This document shows positions 35,997 through 44,381 of a DNA stretch of 44,381 bases, one piece after another (positions within the stretch are counted from its first letter, which is position 1; each line of letters begins with the position of its first letter). The stretch spans positions 1-44,381 of the forward strand of contig JAOZRE010000004.1 of assembly GCA_029940215.1 (NCBI GenBank). Reading direction: 5' to 3'. The position numbers and the translations under genes were made by a program. The notes below the pieces were generated by a model. It had not been told where the DNA came from and did not search any database. It worked only from the letters and a program-made list of their open reading frames with translations. The DNA comes from a bacterium (lineage in GTDB: Bacteria > SAR324 > XYD2-FULL-50-16).

Positions 35997-38180
35997 ATGG
36001 GCAAACGACTGAGTTTCATATTGATAGTGGCCATACTGGCAGCAGGCAGTTTATTCAGGCCCGCCCATGCCGAACCGGCTCCGTTTAGGGTCCTGCTGCA
36101 TTCAGGGTCTATATTTTTGCTGGATAACCAGCAAAAGAGGGTTCCGGCCACTGTCGGCCAGGAGATTACACGCGGGCAATACGCTCAGATCGAAGTGACT
36201 CCCGGCAGCAGGCTTTATTTACAAAAAGGACAGAACCTGCTGCTGTTGGATGTTGCCGGAATATTCAAACTGGTTGATCTTGAGAAGGGGCTTGAACCGC
36301 GATTGTCCAACGCCCTGCAGTTTCTCAGCGCCCTGACCGAACCCCGTCATTTCACCCGCCAGGTTAAAGCCAGGGGAAGAGAGGAGTCCACAGCGGCGGC
36401 TGATTCGGTTTTTTTCAACGACGTATGGGAACGAATCGCCCTCAGTGAGCCGTCATCGTCAATTCCGGTCGCCACTGAGGACGCCCTATCCGCCGCTGCC
36501 TGGTTTCATCAGCAGGGGAAACCGAACCGGACGGCTTATATCCTGGAACGTCTGGACACAACCACTCATCCGCAGAACCCTTTCTACCAACAGCTTCGAA
36601 ACGATTCATTGAGGGGGGTGCCACTGGCCGGGATTAACGCCGAGATTGAAGATACCAGGCAATCCACCAGGAGCCGACTCAACCGATTTCGGTATCAGGC
36701 TCTGCTGATCGGGGTCAACCAGTATGATCATCCTGCCTGGCAGACTCTGGACAGTCCTGTTGCCGACATTCGATCCATTCGGGAGATGCTGATTGACCGG
36801 TACCGCTTTCATCCAAACGATATCATCTCCCTTGAAAATCCGACTTTCAGCCAGGTCATTGACGGATTTCAGCAGCTGAAGAAAACCGTTGGTCCCCAAA
36901 CCCGACTGATGATCTATTACGCCGGGCACGGTTATTACCCGGCCGACGAGGATGAGGGATACTGGATTCCAAGGAATGGGGGCGATCCCGATACTCAGCA
37001 GTTTTTTATCCCCACCAGCATCATCCTCAGCAAGATGAAAGCCATCAAGAGTCAGCAAACCCTTTTGATAACAGACTCCTGCTTCAGCGGCTCCCTGATC
37101 CGAAAATCCAGGGGGGCAGCTGTTGACTCCGGATTTTATCGTGAGCTGTCCAGCAAAAAAAGCAGGCAGATCATCACCTCAGGCGGACTCGAGCCGGTAA
37201 GTGACAGTGGTGGTGGCATCCATTCCGTATTCGCAGGTAACCTGCTGCAGATCCTGTCAGAAGAACGCAGCGACCCGCTCAGTGCTTCGGAACTGGCCAT
37301 TGAGCTGCGAAAATCACTGAAAAACACCGGAGTCGATCAGACACCCGCCTACGGACGACTGCACAGCGCAGATGATGAGAACGGCGAATTTTTCTTCGTC
37401 CAGAAAGGGCAAACCCCTCTTTCAGCAGAGAAGCAGGTATCCAGAAAACCGCCGGCAAAACCGGAGGCTCCCGAAAACAGCCTGGATATTATCGGGATGA
37501 CAAATCCGCCTGTCAATGACGGATCAGCTTTTCAGTCAGCCGGGGTCCAAAACTGGAGGAGTATCGGACTGTTCGTTCACCAGGGAAACATGGAGTACAA
37601 CTATTTGTACACCCCGGATTCAGGAGCAGCTGAAACCGTCAGAATATCTGCGTCTCTTGAAGGAACCGGCCTTAAAGCCGAGGTCCGCCGTACCAATCAC
37701 AAGGGAGGATACGGACTGAGTTTCGATCTGGGACAATTCGCCCGAATCCATACCTGCACTGAAAATGACAGCGTACTATCTAACATCGGGATCAAAACCT
37801 GTGATAGCGCAGACTATGAGGGCAACTCCGACAAGACCTCACTCTCCGGGCTGTTTTCGCACCTGAGTATGTTTGCCGATTACAGCGTTCTACTCTGGCG
37901 CGAGATCAGTGTACAATTGGGAGGATCCGTTCAGTACCAATACTATACGCTTAACAACTTCCTGGAACAGGGGTCGCTTAATTCAAGTACCATCGGGGCA
38001 TGTGGTAAGAGCGGGGTGACCTATCGCAAGGATCGCTGGCATACCCGTTTTTTTCTGGATTTCTGCCTGACTACATTTGAACTCGGCGGATCCCTGCATG
38101 AATTGAACGAGACACATGCCAGCGATGTCAGGTTGCTGGCTAACCTGAGCGCGGGTCTTGCTGCCGGCTTTCAATTTTGA
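35997..38180 (+). CDS. Secreted caspase-family (peptidase C14) protein with an N-terminal beta-rich domain and a C-terminal probable outer-membrane beta-barrel. Start refined to 35997.
   Basis: Signal peptide ending A-H-A; ALLIG.N.Y, IYYAGHG (His), ITDSCFSG (Cys), HSVF, QTP; Pro/Lys-rich linker; amphipathic strands ending in ...AGFQF. Confidence 0.85.
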   Translation: MGKRLSFILIVAILAAGSLFRPAHAEPAPFRVLLHSGSIFLLDNQQKRVPATVGQEITRGQYAQIEVTPGSRLYLQKGQNLLLLDVAGIFKLVDLEKGLEPRLSNALQFLSALTEPRHFTRQVKARGREESTAAADSVFFNDVWERIALSEPSSSIPVATEDALSAAAWFHQQGKPNRTAYILERLDTTTHPQNPFYQQLRNDSLRGVPLAGINAEIEDTRQSTRSRLNRFRYQALLIGVNQYDHPAWQTLDSPVADIRSIREMLIDRYRFHPNDIISLENPTFSQVIDGFQQLKKTVGPQTRLMIYYAGHGYYPADEDEGYWIPRNGGDPDTQQFFIPTSIILSKMKAIKSQQTLLITDSCFSGSLIRKSRGAAVDSGFYRELSSKKSRQIITSGGLEPVSDSGGGIHSVFAGNLLQILSEERSDPLSASELAIELRKSLKNTGVDQTPAYGRLHSADDENGEFFFVQKGQTPLSAEKQVSRKPPAKPEAPENSLDIIGMTNPPVNDGSAFQSAGVQNWRSIGLFVHQGNMEYNYLYTPDSGAAETVRISASLEGTGLKAEVRRTNHKGGYGLSFDLGQFARIHTCTENDSVLSNIGIKTCDSADYEGNSDKTSLSGLFSHLSMFADYSVLLWREISVQLGGSVQYQYYTLNNFLEQGSLNSSTIGACGKSGVTYRKDRWHTRFFLDFCLTTFELGGSLHELNETHASDVRLLANLSAGLAAGFQF

Positions 38181-38200
38181 CAGCACCGCCGGATGGTTTC

Positions 38201-38234
38201 ACCTTTAATCAACAGTTTTTGACCGTTTATCAAC
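38201..38234 (+). promoter_or_regulatory. Putative LytTR-type tandem binding site upstream of the OMP gene
   Basis: ACCTTTAATCAAC (38201) and ACCGTTTATCAAC (38222), 21 bp period, same core as 35861. Confidence 0.65.
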
Positions 38235-38399
38235 GGGACAATGAAATTCACAACCCGATTGCAGAGAATGGGTTTAACACATTGCAATCAGGAGAGGGAG
38301 AGTTGCTCTCGACTCCAGCAGAATTTCACCCCGGATTGTTCGGTCAAAATTGAGACCGTTTGAATCCTGATTAAAGAAAAACATCAACATGGTAGAAAA

Positions 38400-39188
38400 A
38401 TGACAACAGCAATCAAACCACGCAAATGGGGAGTTATCCTCTTAATCCTGTTTATGGCGACCATAGGCCATCCCCTTTATGCCTCATCGGACACAGATTC
38501 AGACAACGAGATAGCGAGTTCCTTTCTCCGACAGAACGAGATCGGTACCTCCCGACCATTTCAAGCTCAGTTTATGCTGTCAGCAGGTGGTTCGTACCAT
38601 AATCGGTCGATTAGCCCTTCTGCCGCTCTTCATCTTGGATATCGGTTTTCCAAACTGATGTACCTGGGCTTGACTTCCCAGGCCTTCTACAATGACACTG
38701 CGAGCCTGAACGACGACGCAAACAAGCGGTACGACGATGACGAAGTTTACGGTCAGGAAGGCGCCAAGGAGACAACGATCAATACCGACCCTCGGCATCT
38801 ACTTGAGATGCGGTTTTTCCCCTTCCCGTTCGGACTTTATTTTTCTGCCGGTTTAATGCACATCGGATATGAAAAAATCGTTACTGAGTTCAAGAGCCGT
38901 TCACGGATTATCAACGAAACCGAGTACGATACCGGGCTAACAACAACCCTGGAGTACAAGGAGTGGACCGGAGCAGCCACCGGTATCGGTTTTCATCACC
39001 TGTTTTCCAACGGCCTTTCACTGAGCAGCGGCCTTAATATCGGGCTGAACATACAGAAACCAGAAATCACCATCGAAAGTGATGAGGACATAATCACAGA
39101 AGACCTGGAGGAGTGGGAGTCGCAAATCGAAGCCAACGAGAAACGGGTACCACTTATGTTCCACATCGGGGTAGGGTACGCCTTTTAG
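38400..39188 (+). CDS. Outer-membrane beta-barrel protein of unknown function
   Basis: Signal peptide, alternating amphipathic strands, C-terminal IGVGYAF beta-signal. Confidence 0.75.
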   Translation: MTTAIKPRKWGVILLILFMATIGHPLYASSDTDSDNEIASSFLRQNEIGTSRPFQAQFMLSAGGSYHNRSISPSAALHLGYRFSKLMYLGLTSQAFYNDTASLNDDANKRYDDDEVYGQEGAKETTINTDPRHLLEMRFFPFPFGLYFSAGLMHIGYEKIVTEFKSRSRIINETEYDTGLTTTLEYKEWTGAATGIGFHHLFSNGLSLSSGLNIGLNIQKPEITIESDEDIITEDLEEWESQIEANEKRVPLMFHIGVGYAF

Positions 39189-39934
39189 GCCTGGAGAATT
39201 TTCCTGACTGTCTTACGGTAAGCCCTGCTGACCGGGATTCGGGGAGCGTCCGGATGACGCAGGATCAGCATATCGTTTCCATGAAGCTCCCTGATTTTTG
39301 ACTGGTTGACCAGATAGCTGCGATGTACCTGGATAAAACGGCTGTTTTCAAGCTCCTTAATGGCTCTTTTCAGGGTTTTCTTTACCAGGTAGCAGGTTGA
39401 GTCTTCCAGGTGATATTCAAGGTAATTGGCGTTATTTTCCTGGGGCTGAACGAAGAGGATATCTTCGGGCCAGACATAGACCCTGCGGGACTCGCCATGC
39501 AGGTCCCTGAATTCAAGTAGCAGGTAGCCCAGTTGTTGTTTCTGCCGCTTCAGGCGTTCATCATGGGAGCGGCGCTCAATATCCTTGAAGGCCCGATCCA
39601 TGGCTTCACCAAATCGTTGTTTTTTAATGGGTTTAAGCAGGAAATCGGTGGGGTCATATGCGTATCCATCAATGGCATATTTGCTGAAGCCGGTGCAGAA
39701 AATCACCACTGGCGCACAGTTCAGACGGCCCAGCATTTCGAAACCGTTGAGTTCAGGCATTTCGATGTCGACAAAAACCAGGTCGGGTTGCAGCTCATTG
39801 ATACCCTGAAGACCGCTCAGACCGTCGGCAAATGTGGCAACAACTTCAACATTCGGATATGATACCAACTGCTCCCTGATTTCGATAACAGCAAACTCTT
39901 CATCATCAACAATAATTGACCTGATAACCTGCAT
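39185..39934 (-). CDS. LytTR-family response regulator
   Basis: IVDDE, FVDIEMP (phospho-Asp), FLLKP; C-terminal FIQVHRSYLVN and IPVSR.Y. Confidence 0.95.
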   Translation of the reverse strand: MQVIRSIIVDDEEFAVIEIREQLVSYPNVEVVATFADGLSGLQGINELQPDLVFVDIEMPELNGFEMLGRLNCAPVVIFCTGFSKYAIDGYAYDPTDFLLKPIKKQRFGEAMDRAFKDIERRSHDERLKRQKQQLGYLLLEFRDLHGESRRVYVWPEDILFVQPQENNANYLEYHLEDSTCYLVKKTLKRAIKELENSRFIQVHRSYLVNQSKIRELHGNDMLILRHPDAPRIPVSRAYRKTVRKILQA

Positions 39935-39948
39935 AGACGGCTCCGGGG

Positions 39949-41724
39949 ATGAATCGATTGATCACTTTTTTGCTCCAACTGATTTCTGGTTTAAAGCTTA
40001 CGCGGCTCAAACCGGTCAGTCCAGCTTCCGGCCTTGTCATCATATCCATTGTATTATCAGCTCTGCTGATCTACCTGCAACCATCTCCCCTGGTTCAGGA
40101 CTGGGAACAGCGATTTCAATCCAATTTTCACCTGTTCAGCACTTTTTTCGGTACACCGAAAAGCGGTGTGTCTCCCATAGTCGTCGTACTGATCAATGAC
40201 GACTCGTTGCCCGAAGGTACCCCCCGCTCGCCCATTAACCGACACTGGCTCGGGTCATTGATCAACCGACTATCTGATCACCGACCGGCACTGATCGGCC
40301 TGAACATCCTACTCGACCGACCTCTGAATCCCGCGGATGATCAAACATTGTCCCGGGCGATTGCAGACAGCGGTCATGTTGTCATTCGCAATGATTCGAA
40401 CTATCCTGCCTTGGCCCGGTTTAGAGATGCCGCTCTCGACTACGGAAACCTGCGGTTCCGATTTGACTCTTCGGGATCTGTTCAAGAGATCTGTCATTCA
40501 TCCCTGACCTGTCGGGGTAATCGATTCTTTCACGCCCGACTGCTGAAACAAATCAACACCATTCCGGCTTTCAAGCATGATATCGCGGCCGCCGAGCCAC
40601 AGAACTGGTTGAGAATCAATTTTTCAGGCAATCGCCAGCTGTCTGAGGGAGGGCAGTCTGTCCGGTTCCCGATTTTTTACGCCAATGAACTGGATCAGGT
40701 TCCAGCAGGAGCCTTGCAGGGTAAAATCGTACTGATCGGTACCGGCTTTCCAGATCTGTATCCCCTGTACCGGACCCCTCTGGCTGCTGATGAACAGTTT
40801 CTACAGGAAACCGAAATTCTAGCACGGGTTGTCGACATGTTTCTGGGAAACCGGCTGATTAAACCCCTGCCGTTTATCTGGCCGGGAGTGATCATGCTGG
40901 CTGTTTTTTTGGGGCTTTCCTTTCTGCTATCAAGGAAGGGGATTCTCCGGGGTGTCTGGTTCACAGCCATTGCCCTTCCCATTCTGTTTCTGGCTGCAGC
41001 AGTTGCCCTCACCTTCTACAGGGTGGAAGTCCCCTTTGTGCTGCCTGCGGTCATGCTGTCCCTCTTTCTGGGAATCGGAATAATTCAACAAACCCTGCAG
41101 GAACGATTCTCCCGCCTTATGGCTGAGCTTAGTCTCAAGGATGCCAAGATCGATTTTCTGACAAACGAATTGCATACCCATCACCTGTTCAACGAACTCT
41201 CCCGACTCAATGTCATGATCGGGCAACACCCTGAATCGGCCCGGGCTTACCTGGTTGAATTTGCCGAGCTGCTCCGGGCTTCCTTGAAGTACGGTGATCA
41301 ATCCCGCGTACCAGTCAAGGTCCAGATGGATTATCTGGAAACCTATCTTCAGCAGCAGGGTATCATCCAAGGAGATAAGTTTCAGTTTTTCATTGATATA
41401 AAAGGGGATTTTGAAGAGGCACACGCGCCCTGGCATGTATTCTTTCCTCTTGTAGAAAATGCCGTTAAACAGTCAGAAGCTGTATGGCGAGCGCAACCGA
41501 ATCAACCAGCAAAGATCGAGATTGTATTATGGAAGGAGGGCAACCGGGTCCATTTCAGGGTTACAAACCCCTATCTGCCGGATGCCGGTATACAGTCCAC
41601 TGGAAAAGGGTTGGAGAACCTTGAAAATCGCTTGAAGTGGTCATACCCCAGGGGAGGGTACAAACTGTCGGGAAGCTCTCATGCACAGATCTGGACAGCG
41701 GACCTGGAGCTCCCCTTGAGTTAA
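39949..41724 (+). CDS. CHASE2-domain LytS/AlgZ-type sensor histidine kinase
   Basis: TM, then CHASE2 (IVVV.I.D, P..IGL.ILL, GKIVLIG), then 3 TM; HHLFN H-box, PLVENAVK N-box, TGKGL.N...RL G-box. Confidence 0.88.
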   Translation: MNRLITFLLQLISGLKLTRLKPVSPASGLVIISIVLSALLIYLQPSPLVQDWEQRFQSNFHLFSTFFGTPKSGVSPIVVVLINDDSLPEGTPRSPINRHWLGSLINRLSDHRPALIGLNILLDRPLNPADDQTLSRAIADSGHVVIRNDSNYPALARFRDAALDYGNLRFRFDSSGSVQEICHSSLTCRGNRFFHARLLKQINTIPAFKHDIAAAEPQNWLRINFSGNRQLSEGGQSVRFPIFYANELDQVPAGALQGKIVLIGTGFPDLYPLYRTPLAADEQFLQETEILARVVDMFLGNRLIKPLPFIWPGVIMLAVFLGLSFLLSRKGILRGVWFTAIALPILFLAAAVALTFYRVEVPFVLPAVMLSLFLGIGIIQQTLQERFSRLMAELSLKDAKIDFLTNELHTHHLFNELSRLNVMIGQHPESARAYLVEFAELLRASLKYGDQSRVPVKVQMDYLETYLQQQGIIQGDKFQFFIDIKGDFEEAHAPWHVFFPLVENAVKQSEAVWRAQPNQPAKIEIVLWKEGNRVHFRVTNPYLPDAGIQSTGKGLENLENRLKWSYPRGGYKLSGSSHAQIWTADLELPLS

Positions 41725-41741
41725 CGGGCTTGCTTTTGCTT

Positions 41742-43790
41742 TCAACCCGCCAGTTCTGTATTTCGAAGGCGAATTTTCTGTATCAGGAAGACAAAGGCTA
41801 CGATCGCAAGTCCGATCAGGTAATTGGCATACTTATTCCCGAACAGCACGGGAACCCAGTCCGAAAAGGCAAGCGGATGAAAGAGAATAACCGTCGCCAC
41901 CAGCAGCAGCGGAACATCATACCAACGGTTCTGGATAATGAACCAACCCTGAACCGCACTCGAAAAGGCAAAAGCCCCCACCGTCGCCATCAGGAATATC
42001 CCAATGCCCAGAGGCCAGCTGTTAATATTATGCAGGATCAGGTCTGAGTTGAAAACAAACATGAAGGGGATAATCGCTGTCCGCAGATCATATAAAAACC
42101 CCTGGATTCCGGTCGGAATCGGATCAGATCCGGCTATCGCTGCCGCCGCGTATGATGCCAGACCGACCGGCGGCGTGTCATCCGCCAGAATACCGAAATA
42201 AAAACAGAACAGGTGAGCAGACATTAAAGGGATAACGAAGTTGTAGAGATTTCCAACAGTGACAATAATCGGTGCAGTCAGGGAAGCCATGACAATATAA
42301 GTCGCCGTCGTAGGCAAACCCATCCCGAGCAGTAAACTGGCGATTGCCGTAATCAGCAGTAACAGGAAAATATTCCCTGCCGCAAGGGTCTCAACAATCT
42401 GGGTTATCATACCACCCAGTCCCATCCCGACAATTCCCACGATAATGCCAGCCGCAGCACATGCCATCCCGACAGCCATCATATTTTTCGCGCCCCTCTG
42501 CAGGCCGCTACCTACCAACAGAATACTGTTAATAATGGCTTGTTTGAAGCTTTGGCCCTGCTGAAACGATTTTCGAATCTCCTGGTAGAAAATAATGGCG
42601 ATCAGCAATAGAATAGCCCGGTAAGCCGATAGTTCCGGTGAGTGCCGCAAAACCACCAGTTCAACAATCAACCAGCTGATAGGAATCAGATAATGAATAC
42701 CGGCTTTCAGGACCTTGAAAAAATCAGGCAGATCCTCTTTCATCAGTCCTTTCATCCCCAGCTTGCTGGCCTCCAGATGCGTCACATAAAAGAGGGCAAA
42801 ATAGGAAACAAAGGCGGGAATGGCTGCGGCTTTGACCACTGCGATATAGGGTACATTGACATATTCAGCGATGATGAAGGCAGCTGCCCCCATAATGGGC
42901 GGCATCAACTGCCCGTCCGTGCTGGCCGCAACTTCAATCGCTGCTGCTTTTTTCGCTGGATACCCCACCTTTTTCATCAGCGGAATGGTAAATGTTCCAG
43001 TCGTTACAATATTCGCAATACTCGACCCTGACACCAGACCGGAAAGACCGCTGGAAACAACCGCTGCTTTCGCCGGTCCCCCCTTGTACTTACCAAGCAG
43101 GGCCATGGCCAGATCGGTGAAAAACTGCCCGGCACCCGCCTTGTCAAGCATGGATCCCAGCAGCACAAAAAGGAACACGATGGTGGCAGACACTCCCAGG
43201 GGAATCCCATAAATCCCCTCTGTGGATAGCGCAATCTGGTTGAGATACTTTGTCAGCGACACACCCTGAAATGCCAGAACCGAAGGCATATAAGGGCCGA
43301 AAAAGGAGTAAGCCGTAAAAACCAGGGCGATGATCGGCAGAGCCGGACCAATGGAACGGCGTGTGGCTTCCAGCAGAATCACGATCAGGAAGCTCCCGAT
43401 GACAAGATCCCTGGTGATGGGACTTCCGGCCCGGAAAGCCAATCCCTGTCTGTCCAGCATAATATATAGAGACACCCCCACCCCGACAATGGCGAGTAAG
43501 TAGTCAAAAACAGGAATGCGCCCTGTGGCATGAAACAGCCCCAGAAATCTTCTGGGCTTTTGGGTAAGGGGAATATTCAGGAAAATTAGCGCCATGGCAA
43601 ATGCCAGGTGGATGGCACGAATCGCGACGCTGTCCAGTATCAGAAAGCTGGCCAACGACAACTGAAACAATGACCATCCTACCGCGATCGCCCCAATCAA
43701 AAACTGTTCATGCTGAAGCAAATCCCTCAGCTCTCCTGTCTCCTTTTTCAGTATGTTCTCAGCAGATTCAATCTTTTTCCCAGTCGCCAT
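41742..43790 (-). CDS. TRAP transporter fused 4TM/12TM permease (TAXI-type DctQM)
   Basis: GGPAKAAV, SGSS.AN..TTG..TIPLM, Q.MPPIMGAAAF, LGMGLPTTA.Y, AD.TPPV motifs. Confidence 0.93.
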   Translation of the reverse strand: MATGKKIESAENILKKETGELRDLLQHEQFLIGAIAVGWSLFQLSLASFLILDSVAIRAIHLAFAMALIFLNIPLTQKPRRFLGLFHATGRIPVFDYLLAIVGVGVSLYIMLDRQGLAFRAGSPITRDLVIGSFLIVILLEATRRSIGPALPIIALVFTAYSFFGPYMPSVLAFQGVSLTKYLNQIALSTEGIYGIPLGVSATIVFLFVLLGSMLDKAGAGQFFTDLAMALLGKYKGGPAKAAVVSSGLSGLVSGSSIANIVTTGTFTIPLMKKVGYPAKKAAAIEVAASTDGQLMPPIMGAAAFIIAEYVNVPYIAVVKAAAIPAFVSYFALFYVTHLEASKLGMKGLMKEDLPDFFKVLKAGIHYLIPISWLIVELVVLRHSPELSAYRAILLLIAIIFYQEIRKSFQQGQSFKQAIINSILLVGSGLQRGAKNMMAVGMACAAAGIIVGIVGMGLGGMITQIVETLAAGNIFLLLLITAIASLLLGMGLPTTATYIVMASLTAPIIVTVGNLYNFVIPLMSAHLFCFYFGILADDTPPVGLASYAAAAIAGSDPIPTGIQGFLYDLRTAIIPFMFVFNSDLILHNINSWPLGIGIFLMATVGAFAFSSAVQGWFIIQNRWYDVPLLLVATVILFHPLAFSDWVPVLFGNKYANYLIGLAIVAFVFLIQKIRLRNTELAG

Positions 43791-43995
43791 GCAACCCCTT
43801 TATCATCGTTTAAGATTATTCAGTAAAAAGGCCCGTACCTTAACCATATAATGATAGGACACCCAGACTACTCCTATCAGCTGGTTTCTACTATATTTTT
43901 ACTGAGGACGCAAGAAAAAGATCAGGCGGAGGGGGTACACAATAGGCGTTGTAAAGCAGGGGGGTGGTGTCCCGTAACTCAATACGGATCATCGG

Positions 43996-44271
43996 TTAAG
44001 CGATATAGTAATCCCCGGTCTCCAATGTTTGGGCCAGGTCCGCAAGGGATGAAAACAGTGCGGGTCCGATGGACATCTCTCCAGCCGGGTTTCTTCTCAG
44101 ATACTGTCTTTTACCTGAATCATCGTTTTCGAGCCAGACCTGGTCACTGTCACCGTTCAGCATGGCATCACCCACATTAACACAAAAGACCACGGGTTCA
44201 GCATCATCGCTGGCGATCGCTATACGCTCCCCTTTTTTCAGGTCGAGAATCACTTGAAACGAGTCCATCAT
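43996..44271 (-). CDS. Hypothetical 91 aa acidic protein
   Basis: ATG with an AGGGA SD, protein-like composition, same strand as the TRAP gene. No family recognised. Confidence 0.55.
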   Translation of the reverse strand: MMDSFQVILDLKKGERIAIASDDAEPVVFCVNVGDAMLNGDSDQVWLENDDSGKRQYLRRNPAGEMSIGPALFSSLADLAQTLETGDYYIA

Positions 44272-44381
44272 TGATCCCTAATAGTTAGTTACTGGATTCT
44301 TCTGGTTTCGGCTAGCCGGTAAAACATCCACCCATTTCTGGCAACTTCATGCTTTTCTATATTAATGTGCAACACCAACAG

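Overview
A 44 kb chromosomal window that looks deltaproteobacterial or SAR324-like (judged from gene content only). From left to right: (i) an IclR-frhB-like-iorA-iorB oxidoreductase operon; (ii) scattered metabolic genes (GST, SDR, nitronate monooxygenase/FabK-like flavoprotein, 5'-nucleotidase) and a Phd/VapC toxin-antitoxin pair; (iii) an ~18 kb minus-strand type II FAS, aryl-polyene/flexirubin-like lipid cluster that also carries a FakA-FakB fusion, PlsY, PlsC, an acyl-CoA ligase and a B12 radical SAM enzyme, and lacks the usual KS/CLF pair; (iv) housekeeping genes (speE-like, rlmN, aroQ, rlmB, cysS); (v) a four-gene module of a secreted caspase-like protease fused to a probable beta-barrel, an outer-membrane beta-barrel, a LytTR regulator and a CHASE2 LytS-type kinase, with LytTR-type direct repeats in front of both outer-membrane genes; (vi) an orphan fused TRAP permease. 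Two diverged copies of a ~173 nt rod-shaped structured element (144-315 and 35382-35555) show compensatory base changes. All annotations come from motif recognition by eye; no searches were run.
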